Positions 9,327 through 17,177 of a stretch of DNA of 17,327 nucleotides are shown here, in pieces. How positions within the stretch are numbered: the first letter of the stretch is position 1; every line of letters starts with the position of its first letter. The notes under the pieces are model-generated. The model had not been told where the DNA came from, searched no databases, and saw nothing but the letters and a program-made list of their open reading frames with translations. This DNA comes from Acidobacteriota bacterium. GTDB taxonomy: Bacteria; Acidobacteriota; UBA6911; JACQSX01. Where the stretch lies: the NCBI GenBank assembly GCA_036507075.1, contig DASXQR010000166.1, positions 1-17,327 of the forward strand, given 5' to 3'. The position numbers and the translations under genes are program-made.

Positions 9327-9391
9327 ACTGTAACGCTCTACCGCAGGGCAAGTAACGAAGTAATGCCAAAAAAAGACCCAAGGAATGCCAA
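9327..9391 (-). promoter_or_regulatory. Putative activator-dependent sigma70 promoter with three phased boxes (copy 2), driving the BACON gene
   Basis: Minus strand: TTACTT (9355-9350), 17-bp spacer, TACAGT (9332-9327), 7 nt before the GTG. Plus-strand boxes GCCAA/CCCAA/GCCAA at 9365, 9377, 9387. Confidence 0.65.
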
Positions 9392-9422
9392 AAAATCACA
9401 TCCTGGGAGCGGCCGGCTGCAA

Positions 9423-9464
9423 GGAGCGTGGGAGAGTGGGGGAGTGGGAGAGTGGGGGAGTGGG
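9423..9464 (+). repeat. G-rich octamer tandem repeat (GGRGAGTG x5)
   Basis: GGAGCGTG GGAGAGTG GGGGAGTG GGAGAGTG GGGGAGTG GG. Confidence 0.9.
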
Positions 9465-9536
9465 TGGAAAGGACAGCGGGCGGCTGAGAGATCTTACGAT
9501 CACCGAAGGTGGTAAGGTCCGGTTAGTCGATTCGAT

Positions 9537-9587
9537 GGTAGTTTGTCTACCCTGGCGCCAGTGTTTTAAGGGTAGAATATCTACCCT
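9537..9587 (+). promoter_or_regulatory. Putative PadR operators overlapping the -10 element
   Basis: Perfect palindrome AGGGTAGA-ATA-TCTACCCT (9569-9587) contains TAGAAT and abuts the GTG start. A second site GGTAG-TTTGT-CTACC lies at 9537-9551. Confidence 0.75.
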
Positions 9588-9941
9588 GTGACAAAAGAAT
9601 CTGCTGACCGGATCGGGTTGCTGCAGGGTACGCTTGACATGCTCATTCTGCGCACGCTGCTCTTTGGCCCTGCTCACGGACACCAGATCGCCAAACACAT
9701 CCAGCGCACCACCGACGATGTGCTGCAGGTCGAGCACGGCTCTCTCTACCCTGCCCTCCATCGACTGCAGCGAAAGGGCTGGGTTTCCTCCAAGTGGGAA
9801 TTGGCCAGGGAGCGCAATCGCGAATTCAAGTATTACCGGCTGACGCCGGCAGGCCGAAAGCAGCTTTCCGTGGAGGAATCGAAGTGGAAGCAACTGGCCG
9901 GCGCAATCGCGCGGGTGATGGGCTCGGTTGAGGAGGACTGA
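9588..9941 (+). CDS. PadR-family transcriptional regulator, acidobacterial type
   Basis: LLQGTLDMLILRTL..GPAHG..IA..I......LQVEHGSLYPALHRL...GW....W......R..KYYRLT..GRKQL..E...W. Confidence 0.95.
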   Translation: MTKESADRIGLLQGTLDMLILRTLLFGPAHGHQIAKHIQRTTDDVLQVEHGSLYPALHRLQRKGWVSSKWELARERNREFKYYRLTPAGRKQLSVEESKWKQLAGAIARVMGSVEED

Positions 9942-9942
9942 A

Positions 9943-11088
9943 ATGTTCATGAGTTTTGCTGGGGATGCGTCCAGGATTGCCCGAAGCTTCTGGTTCGTTC
10001 TGCTCGCTTTGTCGCTCACTGCCGTCGCCTGGCATTCGGCCGCAGGTACTGATTTCCTCGATCCGGCTTTTCGCCTGGTCCAGGACGCGGTCGAAAAGAA
10101 CAATGTCCCGGGAGCGATTGCACTGGTAGCGCGGAATGGAATCATTCTCCGTCACGAAGCTTTTGGGCTGAGGGACATCGAAGGCCAACTTCCGTTTACC
10201 ACGAACACGCTCTGCTGGATTGCATCAATCACCAAGCCCGTAACCGTGACGGCGGCCATGACGCTGGTGGACGAAGGGAAGCTTGCGCTCGATGACCCGG
10301 CTGAGAGATATCTGCCGGAGTTTCGCGAGCAAAAGGACGCGAACGGCGCTCACCACGTTTTCACCATTCGGCAATTGATGTCACACACTTCGGGTCTGGT
10401 CCCGAATCCGCCCACGCGCCGATCCGGCTGGCCGATGGGCGGCCCGCTGGACGATTTTTGGCTCCAGCAGAATCTCGCTGAGATCGTCCATACGATCGCG
10501 CAGAGTCAGTTGCGCTTTGCGCCCGGCAGCAAATTGGAATATTCAAACTCGGCGCTGTTCGTTCTTGGCCGCGTGATCGAAATCATCTCGAAACTGCCTT
10601 ACGCCGTTTACGTGAAGCAAAAGGTCCTGGAACCGCTGGGAATGACCGACACATACTACGCACCGCCGGTGAGCGAAACGAAGCGCGTCGCGAAAATCTA
10701 TGCGCAGCGGGATGGCAAACGCGAGACGATCTTCCGCTTCAACCCCGAGGTGAAGATTTCAAACGCCGCGCCCGATGGCGGGCTCTTTTCCTACCCGGCG
10801 CAACTTGTTCCCTTTCTCCAGATATTTTTGGACAACGATGGCAAAGTGCTCTCGCGCCCGGCCGCGGTGGAGATGCTTAAGGAACAGCCGCAGGGATGGG
10901 GGTTGGGCTGGTCGCTCCAGGACGGGATGTTCCTGCACGAAGGTTCCAGCGGTACCTTGGCTTGGGCCGACCCCAAAACCGGCGTGGTTGCCATCTTGTT
11001 TTTGCAATATCGAGACCAGAACAAATACGACGAACGCCTGCGTAAACAATTCCGCGACGCCGTGCGAGAGGCATTCGCCGCACGGTAG
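9943..11088 (+). CDS. Secreted serine hydrolase, class C beta-lactamase-related family
   Basis: SxxK (IASITKP), LMSHTSG, YSN and HxG motifs, plus a signal peptide. RBS GAGGAGG precedes the ATG at 9943, right after the PadR stop. Confidence 0.93.
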   Translation: MFMSFAGDASRIARSFWFVLLALSLTAVAWHSAAGTDFLDPAFRLVQDAVEKNNVPGAIALVARNGIILRHEAFGLRDIEGQLPFTTNTLCWIASITKPVTVTAAMTLVDEGKLALDDPAERYLPEFREQKDANGAHHVFTIRQLMSHTSGLVPNPPTRRSGWPMGGPLDDFWLQQNLAEIVHTIAQSQLRFAPGSKLEYSNSALFVLGRVIEIISKLPYAVYVKQKVLEPLGMTDTYYAPPVSETKRVAKIYAQRDGKRETIFRFNPEVKISNAAPDGGLFSYPAQLVPFLQIFLDNDGKVLSRPAAVEMLKEQPQGWGLGWSLQDGMFLHEGSSGTLAWADPKTGVVAILFLQYRDQNKYDERLRKQFRDAVREAFAAR

Positions 11089-11120
11089 TGGGCTAGTTTG
11101 GCTGCTATCGAAAAAAAGAT

Positions 11121-11191
11121 TTCACCACAGAGGCACAGCCGGCCACAGGCCGCAACCAAAAAAAAAGCCGAGGACGTTCACGTCCACGTCA
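11121..11191 (+). repeat. Short repeat remnants (CACAGAG-type unit and CACGTY hexamers)
   Basis: TTCACCACAGAGGCACAG resembles the arms at 11886/12007. GACGTT CACGTC CACGTC matches hexamers at 11666-11840. Confidence 0.6.
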
Positions 11192-11310
11192 CTGCTGTCC
11201 AAATTAGCCGGCATTCTTTACTCACCTAAAAGTTTTTCCTCGATAATGGTGTGATTTGGTGCTTGACCTGTGTCCAGGCTTATTCCAATAGGGTGGTACG
11301 GCCACCTTAT

Positions 11311-11599
11311 AGCCCGCCGTCTTTTGGCGGGCGACAGCGTGTAGCCCACGGCGGAGCAAAGCGCAGCCGTGGGAATTGCGGTTCTCTCATCAAGCCTCAG
11401 CCCGCCCGCTTTTTTGGGCGGGCGACAGCCGGCGGTATGGATGATTCGATTGCACTCCTATTTGTCCGCTCTAAAGAATCGACTGCTGTCGCCCGCCTAA
11501 AAATCGGCGGGCTTTATCCATTTGAATGCCTTCGTTCCCACGGCTTCGCTTCGCTTCGCCGTGGGCTACAGGCTGCCGCCCGCCCAAAAACGGCGGGCT
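11311..11599. mobile_element. Non-autonomous nested-palindrome element (MITE/REP-like, resembling IS200/IS605- or RAYT-associated ends)
   Basis: Outer arms of about 65 bp (11311-11375 / 11535-11599: AGCCCGCC..GGCGGGCGRCAGC.TGTAGCCCACGGCG...GCCGTGGGAA) and inner arms (11399-11429 / 11485-11513). Each arm is itself a hairpin. No credible ORF. Confidence 0.8.
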
Positions 11600-11665
11600 G
11601 GTGCGCCTGCTGTTATTAACTAATCTCCTTGTCGTATTCCAAATAGCTAAATGTGGACAGGTGTG

Positions 11666-11840
11666 ACGTCCACGTGCACGTCAACCAGAAACGTGGACGA
11701 TCACGCCCACGCTCGCTCAAGAAAGCCGCGAACTCCGCTCTGGCCGCTTAAGTATGACCGGGGCGACAACGCAGCGCACGCATCGTGGTCATTGACGTGC
11801 ACGTGAACGTAGTCGCAAAGCGTAGACGTTGACGTCGACG
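11666..11840. repeat. Degenerate hexamer tandem repeats in both orientations
   Basis: GACGTC CACGTG CACGTC AAC, then GACGTG CACGTG AACGTA, then GACGTT GACGTC GACG. Confidence 0.75.
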
Positions 11841-11885
11841 GCTTTTTCGTTTCTGTTAGAAAAACAAGAAGTTGCCAGCTTGTTA

Positions 11886-12007
11886 CACAGAGAACACAGG
11901 AAAACTTTTGGCTCGCAATGGTCAGCACCGCAGATTTGCTCCACAAAACAAAGTACTTGCAACGGTGCTGACCACTGCGAGCTAAAAGTTCCTCTGTGCT
12001 CTCTGTG
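11886..12007. repeat. Long hairpin element ending in CACAGAG repeats
   Basis: 45-bp imperfect arms at 11886-11930 and 11963-12007. Confidence 0.85.
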
Positions 12008-12083
12008 CCGCGTGATGGGCGTCGTTGTCCGAGAGCAGCGCAACCAGCGGACCGGCATCCAGCAGGATTCCCGCGGAGTTCAC
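11982..12083 (-). pseudogene. Truncated PIN-domain (VapC-like) toxin
   Basis: GTG overlaps the antitoxin stop (GTGA). (M)NSAGILLDAGPLVALLSDNDAHH is a PIN N-terminus. The frame runs into the hairpin repeat and stops at 33 aa. Confidence 0.85.
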
Positions 12084-12319
12084 TCGCCAAAGCCCTTCAG
12101 ATGCTTCTTGCTTGTGGACAGATCTCTCGGGCCTTTCTTGAACCGCCCAACGCTGCTTCCGGCGAGTTGGAGCGCACTTGGAAGCCGTCCCTCTTCCTTC
12201 GCCACCAGTTGCAGCCCGCGCCGTACAATTTCTGATTCGCTGCAACCGGTCGAGTGTTTCAATTCCTCAAGGACGACTCGCTCTTCCTCGCTCAGCCGCG
12301 CGTGAACATAGCTTTTCAT
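12080..12319 (-). CDS. CopG/ribbon-helix-helix antitoxin (VapB-like)
   Basis: 79 aa. VHARLSEEE...L..L....G.SESEIVRRGL RHH pattern and C-terminal GPRDLSTSKKHLKGFG, coupled to the PIN fragment. Confidence 0.85.
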   Translation of the reverse strand: MKSYVHARLSEEERVVLEELKHSTGCSESEIVRRGLQLVAKEEGRLPSALQLAGSSVGRFKKGPRDLSTSKKHLKGFGE

Positions 12320-12325
12320 GCCCTG

Positions 12326-12357
12326 AGTGTAGCACAGACTACACCGGTTGTGCTACA
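12326..12357 (-). promoter_or_regulatory. TA operon operator and extended -10 element
   Basis: Perfect IR TGTAGCACA-12bp-TGTGCTACA (12328-12357). Minus-strand TGcTACACT ends 6 nt before the ATG at 12319. Confidence 0.75.
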
Positions 12358-12496
12358 GAGTCTCTTGAGTTGATGCTTTTGACGCCGGGTTGCGCTCGGG
12401 CTTTGACGTAGCATCAGAAGACAACCGACGTTCTGGGCCGCCGGTTCCGCGAAGATTCCTGCGGTATTTTAGACGCGTCTCTCTCGCTTCACAACG

Positions 12497-12549
12497 AATA
12501 TATCCATCGACAATATATCCATTGACAATATATCCATATTAGCTATAGC
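12497..12549 (+). promoter_or_regulatory. Triple 15-bp direct repeat operator with TTGACA, upstream of the PadR remnant
   Basis: AATATATCCATCGAC AATATATCCATTGAC AATATATCCAT, with TTGACA at 12522-12527. Confidence 0.75.
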
Positions 12550-12556
12550 CCAACCC

Positions 12557-12646
12557 ATGCGAGATGAAATCTCTAAAGCCGAGGCCATGATTCCTTTGCC
12601 TGCGGCTGCTTTCCACATTTTGCTGGCGCTTGCAGAGGACGATCCG
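12557..12646 (+). pseudogene. N-terminal remnant of a second PadR-family regulator
   Basis: MRDEISKAEAMIPLPAAAFHILLALAEDD matches the PLxxAxFHILLALA helix 1 of PadR proteins. The expected HGY and GTLY motifs are absent and the rest of the ORF (to 12781) is unrelated. Confidence 0.75.
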
Positions 12647-12800
12647 TTGGTTACATACCTGAGCTTGCAATGGAAACAACTGCGGAAAATCGGGCGCTCT
12701 TTGCGTCTCCGCGGTGAAGGCAAACCAACCGTCTGGCAGGTCGCGCTCCTGGCTTACATCATTCTGCTAGAATCATGTTAGTCCACCTGGAAGGAGACTT

Positions 12801-13520
12801 ATGAGTCAAAGGAATGAATCCGTGAGCCCGGCGGGGTCGGGCCTCGACCGCTACCGCCACGTCTGCGTCCTGTATGGCAGCGAGGACGAAGAGCACCGTG
12901 TCCTGCGCGACTTCATCAGCGAGGGCTTCCCGAGGGGCGACAAGGCGTTTCATATCATCGACGCGGGGAGACGCTCTGATCACCGGCGGCTCTTGTCTGA
13001 ACTTGGCATTGACGTAGCCGCGACCGAGCGAAGCGGGCAGCTCGAGGTCAGGAGCTGGGAAGAAGCGCACCTGCGTCCCGGCTGGTTTGACCAGCAGGCT
13101 ATGCTTGATCTGGTCGAAGAAGTCCTGACTGAGACCAAGCGCCAGGGATTTCCGTTTACGCGGTGGGTTGCCAACATGGGCTGGGCACTTGGAAGCCACC
13201 GTGGAGTTGAGGATCTGGTGGAGTACTGCACTCGCCTGAATGATGTCGCACCCAGGCACGAGGCCACGATTGTGTGCACCTACGACCTCGGCCGCTTCAG
13301 CGCCAGCTCGGTGATCGACGTTCTTCGCTGCCACCCGGTGGCGATCATCCGCGGAACGGTTCACGAGAACCCATTCTATGTGCCTTCCGACGAGCTGCTG
13401 CTGGAGCTGCGCGACCGCCGGAGTGAGCCTTTGTCCGGACAGGGCGCGGCCTCCTTCGCTAAGGCAATCTTGCCGCAGGAAAGAGAAACAGATGCACACG
13501 ACCGCAGCTCGATCCGGTGA
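12801..13520 (+). CDS. MEDS (DcmR-like sensory) domain protein
   Basis: RHVCVLYGSEDEE..VLRDFISEG..RGDKAFHI...GQLEVRSWEEAHLRPGWFDQQAM...VCTYDL.RF....VIDVLRCHP..I.....ENPFYVP. RBS AAGGAG. Confidence 0.92.
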   Translation: MSQRNESVSPAGSGLDRYRHVCVLYGSEDEEHRVLRDFISEGFPRGDKAFHIIDAGRRSDHRRLLSELGIDVAATERSGQLEVRSWEEAHLRPGWFDQQAMLDLVEEVLTETKRQGFPFTRWVANMGWALGSHRGVEDLVEYCTRLNDVAPRHEATIVCTYDLGRFSASSVIDVLRCHPVAIIRGTVHENPFYVPSDELLLELRDRRSEPLSGQGAASFAKAILPQERETDAHDRSSIR

Positions 13521-15519
13521 CAGCCAGGACCTGCTGCGTTGCCTGCGGGATCTGGCCGCCCTCACGGCCCTTCCCGCCGTCTGGAGCGGAGCTCAGTGCA
13601 GCGAGATCGCGGCAAGCCTGGCCGATGTGTTGGTGAAAGTCCTTCGCCCGGACTTTGTCTACATTAAGCTGAAGGGGACAAAGGGCGAGCCCCCGATTGA
13701 GCTCACTCGCGCCGGCAGACGATCGGGTGTTACCGAACCGGAATGGTCGATCGGTAGTGTGCTGGAACCTTGCCTCCCTACATTCACGTCGGACCTGTCT
13801 GTTCTCTCCCTGCCCCACCCGCTGGCGGACAGCCAGGTGCAAGCCGCTGTCACACCCGTAGGATACGGGTCTGAGTTCGGAGTGCTGGTAGCGGCGTTTG
13901 AGCAGCCGGGCCTGCCTTCCGAGGAAGATCGGTTGCTGCTGGGTGTCGCCGCAAACCAGGTAGCTTTCGTGCTGCAGCGACAGCGGTCCGAACAGGCCCA
14001 GGCCCTCCTGGCTGCCATCGTCGAGTCGTCTGAAGATGCCATCGTGAGCAAGACGCTCGACGGCGTGATCACTTCATGGAACGTCGGTGCCGAGCGCCTG
14101 TTCGGGTATACGGCCGCCGAGGCGGTTGGTCAGTCTATTACGCTCATCATCCCAGCCGGGAGAAGGGACGAGGAAGTTATGATCCTGGCGCGCTTGCGAC
14201 GCGGCGAGCGGATCGAACACTTTGAGACCGTTCGCCAATCCAAGGATGGCACGCTCATCGACATCTCGCTGACAACATCCCCGCTACGAGACGGCACGGG
14301 CCGGATCATCGGCGTATCCAAGGTTGCGCGCGACATCACCCTGCAGAAAAAGGCAGAAGCGGCGCTCAAGGATGCGGACCGGCGCAAGGATGAATTCCTG
14401 GCTATTCTCGCCCACGAACTGCGCAACCCGCTGGCGCCGATCCGGAATGCTGTGCAAATCCTCCGCGCCGTGGGCCCGCCCGTGCCCCAGTTGCAGTGGG
14501 CCAGGGACGTGATCGATCGGCAAGTGCGGCAGATGACTCGGCTGGTGGATGACCTGCTTGACGTGTCACGCATCAGCCGGGGCAAGGTCTTACTCCGCAA
14601 GGAGCGCGTCGAACTGACGTCGGTCGTGGGTACTGCCGTCGAAGCGTGCCGCCCGCTGATGGAAAAGTGGGGTCACGAGCTCACGGTCACGCTTCCGACG
14701 GAGCCGATTCTCCTTGAAGCCGATCCAGCCCGCCTGGCGCAGGTTCTGCTGAACCTTCTGAACAACGCCGCCAAGTACACCGACCAGGGCGGTCAAATCT
14801 GGCTGACCGCCGAGCAGGACGGAGATGCATTGCAGATCCGGGTCAAGGATAGCGGCGTCGGAATGCCCCGCGAGATGCTGCCGCGGGTTTTTGAGATGTT
14901 CACCCAGATGGATCACACGCTGGAGCGCTCACAGGGCGGGCTCGGCATCGGACTTACGCTGGTGAAGCGGCTGGTCGAGATGCACGGCGGCACTGTGCTT
15001 GCTCGCAGCGAAGGGCCCGGGAAGGGCAGCGAATTCGTAGTTCGTTTGCCGGTCGCCGGGAAGGCCACGGACTCAGCGCCTCAAGTTGCAACCGGCGAGG
15101 TCGATCAGCCCGGTCCACAGTCTAAACGCCACATCCTGGTTGTCGATGACAACCGGGATGCCACCGAAGGGCTGGCGATATTGCTTCGCATGATGGGCCA
15201 CGAAGTCCATACCGCGCATGACGGTCTGGAAGCAGTGGGAGCCGCGACCGTGTTGCGGCCTGATGTGGTTCTCCTGGACATCGGCCTGCCGAAACTGAAC
15301 GGCTACGAGGCTGCGCGGCGCATAAGGGAGCAAGCCGGCGGCGAAATGATGTTGATCGCCCTGACTGGATGGGGCCAGGAGGAGGATCGCCGGCGCTCCA
15401 TCGAGGCAGGCTTCGATCACCACCTGACGAAGCCGGTCGAATTCGACGTTCTGCGGAATTTGCTAGCCAAAGTACCCCCGCGCGCACCGGACCCACACCT
15501 CACCAAACCAACGCCCTGA
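13492..15519 (+). CDS. Hybrid sensor histidine kinase (GAF-like, PAS, HisKA, HATPase, REC)
   Basis: PAS ([31 protein letters not shown]), H-box [15 protein letters not shown]-box [11 protein letters not shown] boxes DSGVG and GGLGIGL, REC VVDD...LLDIGLP...KP. The ATG at 13492 overlaps the MEDS end. Confidence 0.96.
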   Translation: MHTTAARSGDSQDLLRCLRDLAALTALPAVWSGAQCSEIAASLADVLVKVLRPDFVYIKLKGTKGEPPIELTRAGRRSGVTEPEWSIGSVLEPCLPTFTSDLSVLSLPHPLADSQVQAAVTPVGYGSEFGVLVAAFEQPGLPSEEDRLLLGVAANQVAFVLQRQRSEQAQALLAAIVESSEDAIVSKTLDGVITSWNVGAERLFGYTAAEAVGQSITLIIPAGRRDEEVMILARLRRGERIEHFETVRQSKDGTLIDISLTTSPLRDGTGRIIGVSKVARDITLQKKAEAALKDADRRKDEFLAILAHELRNPLAPIRNAVQILRAVGPPVPQLQWARDVIDRQVRQMTRLVDDLLDVSRISRGKVLLRKERVELTSVVGTAVEACRPLMEKWGHELTVTLPTEPILLEADPARLAQVLLNLLNNAAKYTDQGGQIWLTAEQDGDALQIRVKDSGVGMPREMLPRVFEMFTQMDHTLERSQGGLGIGLTLVKRLVEMHGGTVLARSEGPGKGSEFVVRLPVAGKATDSAPQVATGEVDQPGPQSKRHILVVDDNRDATEGLAILLRMMGHEVHTAHDGLEAVGAATVLRPDVVLLDIGLPKLNGYEAARRIREQAGGEMMLIALTGWGQEEDRRRSIEAGFDHHLTKPVEFDVLRNLLAKVPPRAPDPHLTKPTP

Positions 15520-15585
15520 CCGCCGCAGCGGTCGCCCGCCCGAAAACGGCGCGCTGCAGTTGGCGATCGAAGTGCACGCACCACC

Positions 15586-15766
15586 CCGCGAAGTGTAAGC
15601 GAGCGGCACTCCAGACTGACAAACCAGATCAGCAACTGCTGAGGATGCAGCACAGACCAACGTCGCTGCAGAATTGCAGTTCTCAGCGACGTTAATCCCG
15701 TGCCGGGCCGTCTGCGCTGCCGATCCGGCTCGTTAGTCTGGAGTGCCGCTCGCTTACACTTCGCGG
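15586..15766. repeat. REPIN-like inverted REP doublet, same family as 6850-6972
   Basis: 35-bp arms at 15586-15620 and 15732-15766 with 1 mismatch, core CCGCGAAGTGTAAGCGAGCGG. Confidence 0.92.
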
Positions 15767-15866
15767 CTCCGTACGGACTGAGCCCGCCCGCTTACGAATT
15801 CGCCTTTGCCTTCTTTTTTTTCGCTACTTCCGGCCCAGGCTGTCGCCGCCCGAAAAACAGCGGGAA

Positions 15867-17003
15867 TCAGCGATAGGATGCCGAAATCAGTAGCGCGGGG
15901 CTGTCCCCAAGGTTCTTCATCAATCCGACCTGCTCACCAGTTTTGACATCGTATACCGTGAGAGTGCGCGTCGCCGGATCGACGGTGTAGAGCCGCCTCC
16001 CGTCTTGAGCGACCGCCATCGAAAATACGCTGCGCGCGGGTTCGATTTTTCCTGTTTGCTTCCAGCTTCCAGTGTCAAACACCAGGATGCCTTGGCCATA
16101 CCGGCGGTCGGTCAAAGCCGCCTGTCCCACACCCACGTAGAGTCGATCGCCGGCGGGACTGAGCGCGACCAGTCCATTTGCCACGATCGTCTTTTCCGGC
16201 AGTTCCAGTCTCGCTGCTGAAGCAATAGAACGGTCTCTCAAGTTGAGAGCGAACAGCTCGCCTTTTCGGCTGACCAGATAGATCAGGCTGCCGTTCGCCG
16301 CCGCCGCGCTGCCGGCCAGGGAGGGAAGCCTCAAGCGTTCTCCCTTTGGATCCCGAAACGGCTGGTTCACCGTGCCAGACTCGACGTCGGCGGGGCTTGC
16401 TTCCCCCCGATTCGGACAGATCATGGTCAGCGTCCCCGCTTGTGGAAACAACCGGACGATTCCGCAGTTTTCAACGTGGGGTGGTCGCGGAAGGAAAACG
16501 CCGGAATTGGTGTCAAAGATATCCCACCATTCGTCCGTGCGGGGAACACTTCCCCCGGGGATGTCGAACTGGCCGGGAAGTATCCGCATCTTGTGAATGT
16601 AAACATGGCGCCCGTCGGGCGATACTGCGAGCGCATCGCGGCCGTATACTTTGTGGTAGATGCGTTGCGGTGATTCCACTGATAACAGCACATTCCAGGT
16701 CCCAAACTCGATGACCGTGAAAAGTTCCTGAGTCCCTCGTCGATCGCTCAAATACAGCCGCCGTCCGTCCGGGCTGACCGCAATTTGCGGGTCATAACCG
16801 GACCGGATCGTCTGGATGACTCTCAAAGCCTCCGGGTCGATGAGGATGATTCGAGTGTCCGAGGCCCCGCGTACCGGATCCACAACGCAAAGAAATTCAT
16901 GGCCGTCGCGCTCAGCCGCCAGAGCGCTGATGGCGGTGATGAGCAGCAGAATAATGAGCTCAATTGCGACGGTCTTGGATTTCACATGCCTATGGTTGGT
17001 CAT
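15867..17003 (-). CDS. Secreted YncE/YVTN-like beta-propeller, amine-dehydrogenase large-subunit-like
   Basis: Signal peptide (IELIILLLITAISALA) and repeated blades AVSPDGRRLY / ALAVSPDGRHVY / ALSPAGDRLY / AVAQDGRRLY. The start could instead be the GTG at 16985. Confidence 0.88.
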   Translation of the reverse strand: MTNHRHVKSKTVAIELIILLLITAISALAAERDGHEFLCVVDPVRGASDTRIILIDPEALRVIQTIRSGYDPQIAVSPDGRRLYLSDRRGTQELFTVIEFGTWNVLLSVESPQRIYHKVYGRDALAVSPDGRHVYIHKMRILPGQFDIPGGSVPRTDEWWDIFDTNSGVFLPRPPHVENCGIVRLFPQAGTLTMICPNRGEASPADVESGTVNQPFRDPKGERLRLPSLAGSAAAANGSLIYLVSRKGELFALNLRDRSIASAARLELPEKTIVANGLVALSPAGDRLYVGVGQAALTDRRYGQGILVFDTGSWKQTGKIEPARSVFSMAVAQDGRRLYTVDPATRTLTVYDVKTGEQVGLMKNLGDSPALLISASYR

Positions 17004-17177
17004 GAGTACTCAGGTTATCGGTTCGGTTTGTGGCTTTCACCTCGAGCGCTTTTTTCCGTTCGCATCCTTTAATGACGTTGCCGCAGTCCGAAACGTTCCA
17101 ATGTCGTGGGGTAGATGATTATCGGCTTGCCGAATCTCGTGGACGCTCTCGCCGCTCCGTAAGTGTTTTCAGGGGAG

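Noticed and set aside
9396..10145. 249-aa minus-strand ORF
   Set aside because: Antisense to PadR and the hydrolase, and ends in the octamer repeat.
11251..11619. 122-aa ORF as a possible transposase
   Set aside because: It is a translation of the palindromic element, with no HUH or DDE motif.
12497..12537. Direct repeats as a CRISPR array or plasmid iterons
   Set aside because: They are 15-bp contiguous units without spacers, there is no cas or rep gene, and their position fits an operator.
13378..13491. Extended N-terminus of the kinase in the ORF track
   Set aside because: It overlaps MEDS coding sequence and is Cys/Arg-rich. The ATG at 13492, after a purine-rich stretch, is more plausible.
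12759..13565. 268-aa minus-strand ORF
   Set aside because: Antisense shadow of the MEDS gene.
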